From positions 5,491-69,490 of the forward strand of contig JAFZHD010000051.1 in assembly GCA_017555085.1 (NCBI GenBank): a stretch of DNA of 64,000 nt, read 5' to 3'. The translations under genes were made by a program, and so were the position numbers. Below the pieces are notes generated by a model. It had not been told where the DNA came from, searched no databases, and saw only the letters and a program-made list of their open reading frames with translations. Positions 10,167-18,675 of this stretch are shown here, piece after piece (position 1 is the first letter of the stretch; every line of letters begins with the position of its first letter). The stretch comes from Muribaculaceae bacterium (GTDB taxonomy: Bacteria; Bacteroidota; Bacteroidia; Bacteroidales; Muribaculaceae).

Positions 10167-11240
10167 ATGAAGATTGCAGTTATAGGCATCAGGGGATTGC
10201 CCGGAGTTCAAGGCGGAGTGGAGCGTCATTGCGAGAACATATACCCTCGCTTTAATGCCGACACACATTTCCGTGTCTATCGCCGCCGTCCCTACATCAA
10301 CGCCGAGACACAATCGACTTTCAAAAACATCTCGTTTGTTGACCTGCCCTCAACCCGCATCAAAGGTTTTGAGGCAGTGTTTCACACCCTATTGTGCTGT
10401 CTGCATCTAATCTTCAACCGCGTTGACATCGTTCACATTCACAACATCGGCCCAGGCATGTTCACTCCGTTGTTGCGATTGTTTGGCATGAAAGTGGTGC
10501 TCACCTACCACAGCCCAAACTACGAACACGACAAATGGGGCAAAATATCAAAAGCCATTTTGCGATTGAGCGAAACACTTTCGTTGCGTTTTGCCAACCA
10601 CATCATATTTGTCAACAAATTTCAAATGGCAAAATTCTCGGCAAAGACACAAGCCAAGTCAACCTATATGCCCAACGGCATTGACAAAATAGGCTGCGTT
10701 GCCGACCACGATTTTGTCGATAAGGTAAAAGCGTTAAAGGGCGAATATATACTCGGTGTTGGCCGCCTCACTCCCGAAAAGGGTTTTGAACACCTCATCA
10801 AGGCCGTCAATCTCATAGATGAAGTTCAACAATTAGTCATTGCCGGCGGTAGCGACCACGAAACCACCTATTTTGATTACTTGCAATCGCTCAACACCAA
10901 AGGCAAAGTGATATTCACCGGCAACACCTCTAAGAGCCACCTTCAACAGTTGTATAGCCATGCCCGCATGTTTGTGTTGTCATCGGTCAACGAGGGTTTC
11001 CCCTTGGTTATGCTCGAAGCCATGAGTTTTGACTTGCCCATGGCAGTCAGCGACATTCCCGCAACACGTCTCATAGACCTGCCCGAGCACTACTATGCCA
11101 CAGCAGCCGACCATGAGAGTCTTGCCGCCCGCATCAAAGAGATTTATCCCACGGCACAAAAAGTCAAATATGACCTTGAACAATATGATTGGGACAAAAT
11201 CGCCGACCAAATCCACGACACCTACACATCTCTATCATAA
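10167..11240 (+). CDS. Glycosyltransferase family 4
   Basis: A 357-aa ORF with GVGRLTPEKG and an EX7E motif (EGFPLVMLE). It is the last gene of the operon and is followed by a hairpin terminator. Confidence 0.8.
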   Translation: MKIAVIGIRGLPGVQGGVERHCENIYPRFNADTHFRVYRRRPYINAETQSTFKNISFVDLPSTRIKGFEAVFHTLLCCLHLIFNRVDIVHIHNIGPGMFTPLLRLFGMKVVLTYHSPNYEHDKWGKISKAILRLSETLSLRFANHIIFVNKFQMAKFSAKTQAKSTYMPNGIDKIGCVADHDFVDKVKALKGEYILGVGRLTPEKGFEHLIKAVNLIDEVQQLVIAGGSDHETTYFDYLQSLNTKGKVIFTGNTSKSHLQQLYSHARMFVLSSVNEGFPLVMLEAMSFDLPMAVSDIPATRLIDLPEHYYATAADHESLAARIKEIYPTAQKVKYDLEQYDWDKIADQIHDTYTSLS

Positions 11241-11242
11241 CA

Positions 11243-11278
11243 ACAAAGGGCCGCATTAGCGACCCTTTGTTCATTTTA
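11243..11278. terminator. Bidirectional intrinsic terminator between the capsule operon and the convergent histidine kinase gene
   Basis: Stem ACAAAGGG (11243-11250) pairs with CCCTTTGT (11263-11270), followed by TCATTTTA. It lies between convergent stop codons. Confidence 0.6.
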
Positions 11279-11301
11279 TATCATGACTAAAATAGCACAT
11301 T

Positions 11302-12774
11302 CTATTTTACCGCCTTTGACAAGGTAAATTCAAATTCAAGGCCGCCTTCCGCACGGTTTCTGACCTCTATGGTGCCGTTCATGGCCTGTATGCCGCTTTT
11401 CACAATCGACAAGCCCAATCCCGTTCCGCCAACCTTGCGTGAACGACCGGTATCAACGCGATAAAAGCGGTCAAATAATTGTTCCAAATGCTCCTCGCCA
11501 ACACCCACTCCGTTGTCATAAAACACAAACGCATAGTGTGAAGCTGTTTCTCCAACACATTTCACGCCCATCTCTGTACCGTGTGAATATATCGCCGCAT
11601 TTTTGGCCAAATTAAGCATTACACTGCCCAACAGTGTCATATTACCCACTACCTGACAATGTGTGGGCACATCGTTCACAAACTTAAAGTTTTCGCCTAC
11701 CGAGGTCACGCTCAAATCATCGGCAACCGAGTGTACCAAATTTTTGAAATCGAGCGTAGTCATAGGTATAGAATCTGGTGCTTCTTCCAATCGGGTAATG
11801 GCCGACACATCGGCAAGCAGATTGTTTAACCTCACAACATGCGGACGGGTTTTGACAACAAATTCGCGCATCGTTTCGGGCGACATTGACTCATCTTCCA
11901 CAATTGTGTCGAGATAGCCTTTGATAATACCTATGGGAGTTTTAAGTTCGTGATTTATATTGTTGGTCATTTCCCGTTTCAGTTGGCTTTTCTCTTTTAG
12001 CGCACGCATAGCAACTTCGTGCTTACGCTGTCCAAGTTCAATTGCCACTTCTTTATCGCGATATAGTTTCACTATCTGACGGCCAATATCGCCCAACTCG
12101 TCGGACTTAAACTTTTCGACCGCAAATTTCTTGCGCTCTTCATTATCCTCACAGTTGGCAAAATCGCGCAACGCCTCAACATTTCGGCCGAAATAGCGTG
12201 TTCCATAAAATGCTATTAAAACAGCAATGATTGACAATACAAGCACCACTATCCACACACTTGGCTGAGATGAAAGCGCCTCAAACACCGATATAGTGTA
12301 GGGCAATGCCGTGTGCACATAAATCTCGCCGTCTTTACTCTTGCGCACCGAGTATAGATAGAGACCTTTGTCGCGATATGGGCTGTTTCGCAACGATTTG
12401 CCCACCCCTCCTTGCTCTTCAAGCATTTTGAATTCGGGAGTCTGCTCGCCGTTTGGAAGTCGTTGGTATATGGGCGTACCCACACAAAAGGCTCGGTTAC
12501 CGGCTTTGTCAAACACCGACACGCTCACAGGCGCATCAACATAATACTGCTGCAAAAATCTCACATAGGGAGCCAGATCATAATTGCGTTCATAGACATA
12601 GACCAATCGTGTCGATGCCAAATCAAGCTGATTGTTCAGGCTCTCGGCACGATAACTCATCTCGCGCCTGTATTGAAACACTACAAGCACGGCGATAATC
12701 ATCGACAGTAGTAGCACCAACGGTATGAACAACCGCCAACGATAACTAATTCGAATCGGTGAACCCATAGCCAT
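11302..12774 (-). CDS. Sensor histidine kinase (two TM segments, periplasmic sensor, HisKA + HATPase_c)
   Basis: H-box NINHELKTPIGII, N-box LNLAKNAAIYS, G1 YDNGVGVG and G2 GGTGLGLSIV. The start is uncertain: the ATG at 12804 overlaps the regulator gene by 59 nt, so I prefer the ATGs at 12774 or 12768. Confidence 0.85.
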   Translation of the reverse strand: MAMGSPIRISYRWRLFIPLVLLLSMIIAVLVVFQYRREMSYRAESLNNQLDLASTRLVYVYERNYDLAPYVRFLQQYYVDAPVSVSVFDKAGNRAFCVGTPIYQRLPNGEQTPEFKMLEEQGGVGKSLRNSPYRDKGLYLYSVRKSKDGEIYVHTALPYTISVFEALSSQPSVWIVVLVLSIIAVLIAFYGTRYFGRNVEALRDFANCEDNEERKKFAVEKFKSDELGDIGRQIVKLYRDKEVAIELGQRKHEVAMRALKEKSQLKREMTNNINHELKTPIGIIKGYLDTIVEDESMSPETMREFVVKTRPHVVRLNNLLADVSAITRLEEAPDSIPMTTLDFKNLVHSVADDLSVTSVGENFKFVNDVPTHCQVVGNMTLLGSVMLNLAKNAAIYSHGTEMGVKCVGETASHYAFVFYDNGVGVGEEHLEQLFDRFYRVDTGRSRKVGGTGLGLSIVKSGIQAMNGTIEVRNRAEGGLEFEFTLSKAVK

Positions 12775-13456
12775 AACCCACGCGAGTGACAATGCAGTTG
12801 CCATACTCGCCTATTTTTTTGCGCAAGCGAGTGATATTGGTATCAATGGCACGCGACGACACCTCAATCTCGTTTTCCCACACATTTTTCACAATATCTT
12901 CGCGACGGTGAATGCGGTTGCGATGCATCATGAAAAACAGCAACAAGTCATATTCGGTGCGAGTGAGACCTACATCAACGCCATCAACATAACATAATTT
13001 TTCGTTGCGACTGATGCGCATGCTGCGAAATGTGATATCGGGTTCATATTCGCCTCGCGCAACATTATAGGCCACTTGATGAGAAATGTGTGAACGGCGC
13101 AACACTGCCCTCACTCGGGCCAACACCTCACCTATCATAAACGGTTTGGGAATATAGTCATCGGCACCGATGTTCAAGCCCATCACCTTATCATCTTCGC
13201 CGTCGAGAGCAGAGCAGAAAATAATGGGTATATTCTCGGTTGTGGCAACATTCTTGACTCGTTTCACAAAGTCAAAACCGCTCAACTTGCCCATCATAAT
13301 ATCGACAATAAACAGCGAGTAGCCCGACAAATCATGGGCCAACGCCGCTTCGGCACTATATGCGCAATCAACATCATAACCGTCTTTTTCAAGATTGTAT
13401 TTAAGGATTTCGCAAATAGCCTCCTCATCATCAAGGACCAAAATTCTGATTCTCAT
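12746..13456 (-). CDS. OmpR/PhoB-family response regulator (receiver + winged helix)
   Basis: Receiver motifs LVLDDEE, FIVDIMMGK and PIIFCSA...KP. The C-terminal winged-helix region reads LTRTEYDLLLFFMMHRNRIHRREDIV...TNITRLRKK. Confidence 0.9.
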   Translation of the reverse strand: MRIRILVLDDEEAICEILKYNLEKDGYDVDCAYSAEAALAHDLSGYSLFIVDIMMGKLSGFDFVKRVKNVATTENIPIIFCSALDGEDDKVMGLNIGADDYIPKPFMIGEVLARVRAVLRRSHISHQVAYNVARGEYEPDITFRSMRISRNEKLCYVDGVDVGLTRTEYDLLLFFMMHRNRIHRREDIVKNVWENEIEVSSRAIDTNITRLRKKIGEYGNCIVTRVGYGYGFTDSN

Positions 13457-13473
13457 AATATACAGGTTTATTA

Positions 13474-13506
13474 TTGTGACGATAAAGTTACAAATTAGTC
13501 ACAAAT
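13474..13506 (-). promoter_or_regulatory. Candidate operator or -7 region upstream of the two-component operon
   Basis: On the minus strand ATTTGTGAC-TA-ATTTGTAAC forms a direct repeat with 11-bp start-to-start spacing. An inverted GTCACAA copy follows, and the elements lie 18-50 nt upstream of the regulator ATG. Confidence 0.25.
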
Positions 13507-13620
13507 CCCGGCGTTAAATAATGTTATTTCTCAAACTCTGCGCCGTGTGGCGTGTTTTATGGGTATAATTACTCAATTTGCACTGTGTTTTCAGGTATTA
13601 GATTTAAGGTTAAGGGACTG

Positions 13621-13651
13621 CCGGTTGTCGTGAGACAACCGACTTTCTTTT
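13621..13651 (+). terminator. Orphan intrinsic terminator-like hairpin (no upstream plus-strand ORF)
   Basis: CGGTTGTC-GTGA-GACAACCG is a perfect 8-bp stem with a GNRA loop, followed by ACTTTCTTTTT. Confidence 0.55.
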
Positions 13652-13796
13652 TATAACGATACGCTCCACAATTTTTAGGCAATTCACATTTTTTGATGAA
13701 AAAGCACGCTGTTACCTCAAACTTTTTCACTAATATTGCGTTTACATTTTATTAATGACTAAATAATATAAACATACCCCAAAAACTTTAAGACAC

Positions 13797-14366
13797 ATGA
13801 AAACATCTTATCTCTTTCTTGCACAAGGATTTGAAGAAATCGAAGCACTCACTGTTGTTGATGTGATGCGCCGTGCCGGAATGCCTCTCAAAACCGTTTC
13901 TATCACTGACAATCATACTGTTGCCGGCGCTCACGGAATTCCTGTCGTTGCCGACAGGATTATTGCCGATGCCGACCTCACCGATGCCGAATGGCTCATT
14001 GCTCCCGGCGGCATGCCCGGCTCAACCAACCTCGCCGAATGCAAAACTCTCACCGACGCGTTGCAGCAACACAATGCCAAAAGCGGAAAAATCGCCGCCA
14101 TCTGCGCTGCTCCCGCTGTTGTTCTCGCTCCGCTCGGCATTCTCAACGGCAAAGAAGCAACTTGCTACCCTGGCTTTGAATGCAAAGGCGCTATCATGCG
14201 CGAAACTCCCGTGGTTGCCCTTGAAAACATCATTACTGCCAACGGTCCTGCCACTGCATTGATGTTTGCCCTCGCAATCGTAGCCAACTCATTGGGCGAA
14301 AACGCAGCCAAAGAAATTGGCAACGGAATGCTCCTTTACCCCAAAAATGTTGACTTCTATTTCTAA
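13797..14366 (+). CDS. DJ-1/PfpI (ThiJ) family protein
   Basis: A 189-aa ORF with a nucleophile-elbow cysteine in KIAAICAAPAVVL, alignable to DJ-1/YajL-type proteins along its whole length. Confidence 0.85.
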   Translation: MKTSYLFLAQGFEEIEALTVVDVMRRAGMPLKTVSITDNHTVAGAHGIPVVADRIIADADLTDAEWLIAPGGMPGSTNLAECKTLTDALQQHNAKSGKIAAICAAPAVVLAPLGILNGKEATCYPGFECKGAIMRETPVVALENIITANGPATALMFALAIVANSLGENAAKEIGNGMLLYPKNVDFYF

Positions 14367-14387
14367 AATCAGCCCGATAAATAAACA

Positions 14388-14418
14388 AAAGCCGGAACCA
14401 TTTGGATTCCGGCTTTTA
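14388..14418. terminator. Bidirectional intrinsic terminator
   Basis: GCCGGAA (14391-14397) pairs with TTCCGGC (14407-14413). An A-run lies 5' and TTTTAT lies 3'. It sits between convergent genes. Confidence 0.65.
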
Positions 14419-14434
14419 TGTTATGTTTAAGTCT

Positions 14435-15160
14435 TTATGCTTTGCGGGTGGCGAGGATTGCTTCAACCTCATTGCGCAAATAAGGAATATCAATCAAGTA
14501 ATAGCGACCGTTCTCGGGGTGAAACACAGCCAATCGGCCGGCACTCACCACAATTCCGTATTTCTTTTCGAGAATGTATCGGTAAAAACTCACTTGCAAC
14601 GCATAGTGATAGAAGGTGCTGTCAGAAATATGCCCAATGGGAGGAAGGGCAAATTGGCGAAAACGGCTTTCTTTCTCAACCACTCCGTTATACACAAGTT
14701 TGGTGCTGCGCTTCCAGTCATAAATCGTAAACTTGCCATCGCTATATTCCAAAAAGTCAAGCGTTCCGGCAATACCATATTCTTCATAATAGATGCGCCA
14801 CTCGGTGCGATATGGGCTCAATTTATGCTCGGCAGCAAACTGCAAGAACATGTCAAATGTCTCGTCGCTCTCGCTTTCTATGCCGAGATAGTATTTCTCG
14901 ATTTTGTCGTGCATCATTGTGCCGAGGTCGCGGGCTTGTTGCGCTTTCGCTTCCCATTCGGCCTTGAGTTCTTCGGGCGTTATGCCCAACTGACTGGCCT
15001 TGCGCTCAGCCCAATAATCGGCATCAAATTTTTTGAAACAGTTTTCGACAACCGTTGTCACCGACTCCAATTGCTTGCCGTTGCAAGTATATAGGTGCTC
15101 CAACTCGTCAAAACAGAGCAGGTCGTCGCGTTCGTGTTTATGTAGTTCATTATATGTCAT
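14435..15160 (-). CDS. PD-(D/E)XK nuclease, RecB/AddB-like exonuclease family
   Basis: Motif II GTLDFLE, motif III IYDWKRS (D-x-K) and motif IV YALQVSFY (QxxxY). There is no Cas4-type cysteine cluster. Confidence 0.7.
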   Translation of the reverse strand: MTYNELHKHERDDLLCFDELEHLYTCNGKQLESVTTVVENCFKKFDADYWAERKASQLGITPEELKAEWEAKAQQARDLGTMMHDKIEKYYLGIESESDETFDMFLQFAAEHKLSPYRTEWRIYYEEYGIAGTLDFLEYSDGKFTIYDWKRSTKLVYNGVVEKESRFRQFALPPIGHISDSTFYHYALQVSFYRYILEKKYGIVVSAGRLAVFHPENGRYYLIDIPYLRNEVEAILATRKA

Positions 15161-15228
15161 GATTATATTGACTTCTATTTATTGCGCAAATTTAACAAAA
15201 AAGAGTTACCTTTGAAAACATTTAGCCC

Positions 15229-16554
15229 ATGGACTTACTTACATCGCATATTAAATCATCAATCAAGCGCAACAGCCTCATTGCTGAGGGCGACAAAGTG
15301 ATTGTCACATTGAGCGGCGGAGCCGACTCGGTGGCATTGCTGTCGGCATTGGTTGCTCTCGGCTATGATTGTATTGCCGCACACTGCAATTTCCACTTGC
15401 GCGGTGATGAGAGTGACCGCGATTGTGCATTTGCACAATCGCTCGCGCAATCGTTTGGTGTTGAATGTGTTGTTAAACACTTTGATGTGACACAATATGA
15501 GCGCGACAACAAGGTATCGACCGAAATGGCTTGCCGCGAATTGCGATATGAATGGTTTGAACAACTGCGCCAACAACATGTCCCTGCCGTAATTGCCGTG
15601 GCTCATCATCGCGACGACAACATCGAAACTTTCTTTCTCAACCTGCTGCGCGGCACAGGCATCGCCGGACTTACCGGCATGGCACCCCGCAACGGCCACA
15701 TCATTCGCCCTATGCTCGACTGCACCCGACAAGATGTGGAGCAATATCTCGCCGACAAGGGCCTCAACTATGTAACCGACAGCACCAACAGCCAGAACGA
15801 CTATCGCCGCAACCGATTGCGTAACATCATCTTACCCATGCTCAACGAGCAGTTTCCCGGAGCGAGCAATGCAATAGCCACCACCATGGCCATGCTTGGC
15901 GACAACGAAGCCATCTATCGCGCGGCCATTGACAATGCCCGCAACCGCTATGTCTCGGGCAACACAATCGACCTCGGCTCATTGACAACCAACGAGCAAC
16001 AAGCTTCAACCGTTTTGTTTGAACTCATTCGCCACATGGGGTTCAACTACACCCATGCAAGCGATATTATTGCTGCCGCCAACGCATCGGGCCGACAGTT
16101 CTTTGCCGGCAAAAACATTCTCACCATTCACCGCGATACACTCATCATCAGCACCCAGCCCGACGGCCAAATCGATGAATATATCATCAACTTGACACAA
16201 GCGATAACCGCGCCCATCAACCTCACCGTCAGCATTGCGCCAAACGACGGCACAATTGCCAAACCGACATCGGCATCGACCATTATGCTTGATGCAACGG
16301 TGCTTGACGGCAACCCGCAATTTGTGTTGCGACATTGGCGCGAAGGTGACCGCATAGCCCCCTTTGGCATGAAAGGCACAAAAAAAATTAGCGACATCTT
16401 CACTGATGCCCATCTGTCAATCGTTGAAAAACAAAACATTTGGTTGCTCACACGCAACGACGAAATTTTATGGGTAATCGGCCACCGCACCTCACGCCAC
16501 TACCCCGTCACCGCCCACACCACCTCAATCATCACTATCAAAACAAACGAGTAA
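15229..16554 (+). CDS. tilS: tRNA(Ile)-lysidine synthase
   Basis: PP-loop SGGADSVALL near the N-terminus, followed by HCNFHLRG and the HHRDD motif. The 441-aa length is typical. A TACCTTTG -7 box lies at 15207-15214. Confidence 0.9.
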   Translation: MDLLTSHIKSSIKRNSLIAEGDKVIVTLSGGADSVALLSALVALGYDCIAAHCNFHLRGDESDRDCAFAQSLAQSFGVECVVKHFDVTQYERDNKVSTEMACRELRYEWFEQLRQQHVPAVIAVAHHRDDNIETFFLNLLRGTGIAGLTGMAPRNGHIIRPMLDCTRQDVEQYLADKGLNYVTDSTNSQNDYRRNRLRNIILPMLNEQFPGASNAIATTMAMLGDNEAIYRAAIDNARNRYVSGNTIDLGSLTTNEQQASTVLFELIRHMGFNYTHASDIIAAANASGRQFFAGKNILTIHRDTLIISTQPDGQIDEYIINLTQAITAPINLTVSIAPNDGTIAKPTSASTIMLDATVLDGNPQFVLRHWREGDRIAPFGMKGTKKISDIFTDAHLSIVEKQNIWLLTRNDEILWVIGHRTSRHYPVTAHTTSIITIKTNE

Positions 16555-16572
16555 ATTCAAAATATCTGTTAG

Positions 16573-16608
16573 AAAAAAAATCTCAGCATCGTTGGTGCTG
16601 AGATTTTT
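16573..16608. terminator. Bidirectional intrinsic terminator
   Basis: A8 run, then TCTCAGCA (16581-16588), a loop, TGCTGAGA (16596-16603) and T5. It lies between convergent tilS and the ATPase gene. Confidence 0.7.
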
Positions 16609-16620
16609 CATTCGGCTATT

Positions 16621-17979
16621 TCAATCCAAGAATTGCTCTACTACATTAGATACATTCTGAAAAAACATCACATAGTAAATCGGGATATATGTTATTCCGT
16701 TTTCTGTATATACCCTTCGCTCATTAGACAACACATAAGCCTTTTTTATGTCATATTCATCGGTAGATATAAATTTATCTAATGCACTATGAACAGTGTA
16801 ATCTTTACCCGATTTCACCTCAATAGGTATATTTGACAAATTATCAGCATCATCTATCAAATAATCTACCTCACCATTCTTTTTATTATCATAATAATAT
16901 AAATTATAGCCATGAGCCTTTAACTCTTGAGCCACTACTGTTTCATATATTGACCCGAGATTTATGCTTTTAACATCATCCATCACCGCTTTGATGTTAT
17001 TTCTATAATATATACCCGAAAGTATTCCTACATCATTCAAATACAGTTTCAGCAAATTCTTTCCGCTATTTTCCAACAACGGATATGAGGGTTTACTTAT
17101 AGCCTTAACCTCCAATGCGACACCCGAAGAAATCAAATAGTCAAATTCCTCGATATAGTCATCTGATCTTTTCCAACTTTTGTCCTCGATGTTTTTTATT
17201 ATGATTCTTTTCTTTTTATTTTCAAGATTAGACGGTATCATATCATAAATACGCCTAATTTTCAGTTTCGCATTATTAGTCTCTTCATATTTTGTGGCAT
17301 CTATACCATACAACAAATATGCCTCTTGCTGAATAGACCTAAACGCTACAACATTTTTGGTCTTGACAAAAGTATCAACCGCTTTTGGCAATCCTCCCAC
17401 CAATATATATTTCTTAAAGAAATCAAGCATTTTGGCATGCATTGCTTCTGATAGCGACTGGTTGTTTTCAAAATTTTCTCTCATCGCTTCAATAGCAATA
17501 TCACCCACACCATTCGCATACAAAAATTCCTCAAAATCCATCGGATACATATGCTCTATATCCAAACTACCCAAAGGGATTGATTGTGTATTTTTCAATG
17601 TTACTCCAAGTAAGGACCCACTAGCTATATATGTAAATCTATTTTCAGCCATCAAAAATTTCACAAGCGTGAGCAAGTGGTCGTAAGCCTGTATTTCATC
17701 AATAAAAACGAGAGTATTTACCTTGCTTTTCATTTTATCTCCGGCAATAGTGCTTAGCGCCATATAGAAATCTTTTGTCGTCTTTGCCTCGGCAAATATG
17801 CGGTCACCCAACTTATCCTCTTCCATATTTATTTCAATATAGTTAGAGAATCGTCTTTGCCCAACCCAACGAATTATATATGACTTTCCTATCTGACGAG
17901 CACCATCTATCAACAACATTCTATTAGAATTTGATGAGAAATACTCCTCTATACGCTTTGATATTTTCCTATACAACAT
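16621..17979 (-). CDS. AAA+ ATPase with C-terminal DUF4143-type (PD-(D/E)XK-like) domain
   Basis: Walker A GARQIGKS and Walker B LVFIDEIQ. The C-terminal GEVDYLIDD...IPIEVKSGKDY matches a D...E-x-K nuclease-fold signature. The ORF-track start at 17988 is TTG; the first ATG is at 17979. The gene is very AT-rich (15 of 60 G+C on line 16861-16920). Confidence 0.8.
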   Translation of the reverse strand: MLYRKISKRIEEYFSSNSNRMLLIDGARQIGKSYIIRWVGQRRFSNYIEINMEEDKLGDRIFAEAKTTKDFYMALSTIAGDKMKSKVNTLVFIDEIQAYDHLLTLVKFLMAENRFTYIASGSLLGVTLKNTQSIPLGSLDIEHMYPMDFEEFLYANGVGDIAIEAMRENFENNQSLSEAMHAKMLDFFKKYILVGGLPKAVDTFVKTKNVVAFRSIQQEAYLLYGIDATKYEETNNAKLKIRRIYDMIPSNLENKKKRIIIKNIEDKSWKRSDDYIEEFDYLISSGVALEVKAISKPSYPLLENSGKNLLKLYLNDVGILSGIYYRNNIKAVMDDVKSINLGSIYETVVAQELKAHGYNLYYYDNKKNGEVDYLIDDADNLSNIPIEVKSGKDYTVHSALDKFISTDEYDIKKAYVLSNERRVYTENGITYIPIYYVMFFQNVSNVVEQFLD

Positions 17980-18001
17980 GATTGACAATATTTTACGGCC
18001 A

Positions 18002-18009
18002 CAAATATA
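18002..18009 (-). promoter_or_regulatory. -7 box (TATATTTG) of the ATPase gene promoter
   Basis: The reverse complement of CAAATATA at 18002-18009 matches the Bacteroides TAnnTTTG consensus. It lies 22 nt upstream of the ATG at 17979. No TTTG -33 element is present; the proximal direct repeat occupies that position. Confidence 0.45.
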
Positions 18010-18028
18010 ACGTTTTTTTTCAACATTT

Positions 18029-18106
18029 GGTGCGTTTTCCCATAAATCAACACTCTAAAAAGGTGCGTTTTCCTACAATTTTACACATCAAAAAGGTGCG
18101 TTTTCC
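18029..18106. repeat. Three direct repeats of GGTGCGTTTTCC with exactly 33-bp phasing
   Basis: Copies lie at 18029-18040, 18062-18073 and 18095-18106. The last two extend to AAAAAGGTGCGTTTTCC, and the 16-21 nt between copies is unrelated sequence. Confidence 0.9.
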
Positions 18107-18120
18107 GATTTGGAAGTATC

Positions 18121-18567
18121 TTATTTCTTAAAAAAGTCGGGTTTTCGGACAGAAAAGACCTCTAAAAGTGAGTTGTAAACGCGACGGTTGGCTCCGCTGT
18201 AATCGCTGTTATGGGGGTTTAGTTCCCATTGGCCGTCAATGTAAAAGTAGATGAATTTCACAATGGCTTGTGAGCGGCTCTGCCCTGCAGCACAATGCAC
18301 ATAAAAGTGTTTGTCGGCATGGCGCATAACAAAGTCAACCACGCAAGCAGCCATTTCAATATCAAACAGTTCTCCACCGTATGCGCCATTATCAATATCG
18401 TCAAAATCGAGGTTCAACACATTATCGGCCGATGTAAATTTGTGGTATTCGACATGCGAGCCGGGCGTGCATATCGATATTGCAACACTGTCCTCAGGCA
18501 AAGTTTCTACGCCCTCAAATCGGTCTACAAAATCACGAAATGAGTAACAATATAATTTCTTGCTCAT
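18121..18567 (-). CDS. Small cysteine-phosphatase-fold protein (CX5R; dual-specificity/PTP-like)
   Basis: P-loop VHCAAGQSRS (HCX5RS) with an acidic LDFDDID segment about 45 residues upstream. I prefer the ATG at 18567 because a TATATTTG -7 box (rc of 18586-18593) overlaps the upstream ATG at 18588. Confidence 0.55.
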   Translation of the reverse strand: MSKKLYCYSFRDFVDRFEGVETLPEDSVAISICTPGSHVEYHKFTSADNVLNLDFDDIDNGAYGGELFDIEMAACVVDFVMRHADKHFYVHCAAGQSRSQAIVKFIYFYIDGQWELNPHNSDYSGANRRVYNSLLEVFSVRKPDFFKK

Positions 18568-18675
18568 GGTGGTTCTTTTTATATACAAATATATACCGCT
18601 TTTTTCATATTGTGAATATTTCCCTATATATTTATATTGGCGGCAGATAAAAGTTTATCAATTCAACCCTCTCAA

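Noticed and set aside
1-11240. Looked for an invertible promoter (inverted repeats flanking a promoter) or UpxY/UpxZ regulators typical of Bacteroides capsule loci
   Set aside because: The 5' end of the locus lies outside the window, and no such repeats or regulator genes occur in the part present. Phase variation of this locus cannot be assessed here.
12775-12804. Longer histidine kinase start overlapping the regulator gene by 59 nt
   Set aside because: In-frame ATGs at 12774 and 12768 lie just before the first TM helix and give a more typical short overlap. This is not decidable without experimental data.
14402-15094. 230-aa plus-strand ORF
   Set aside because: It is fully antisense to the PD-(D/E)XK nuclease gene, which has complete catalytic motifs. 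It starts with a non-ATG codon and shows no recognisable domain features.
18029-18106. Possible miniature CRISPR array (regularly spaced repeats)
   Set aside because: The repeat core is only 12-17 nt and the spacers only 16-21 nt. There are three copies and no cas genes or leader. The spacing and position fit promoter operator sites better.
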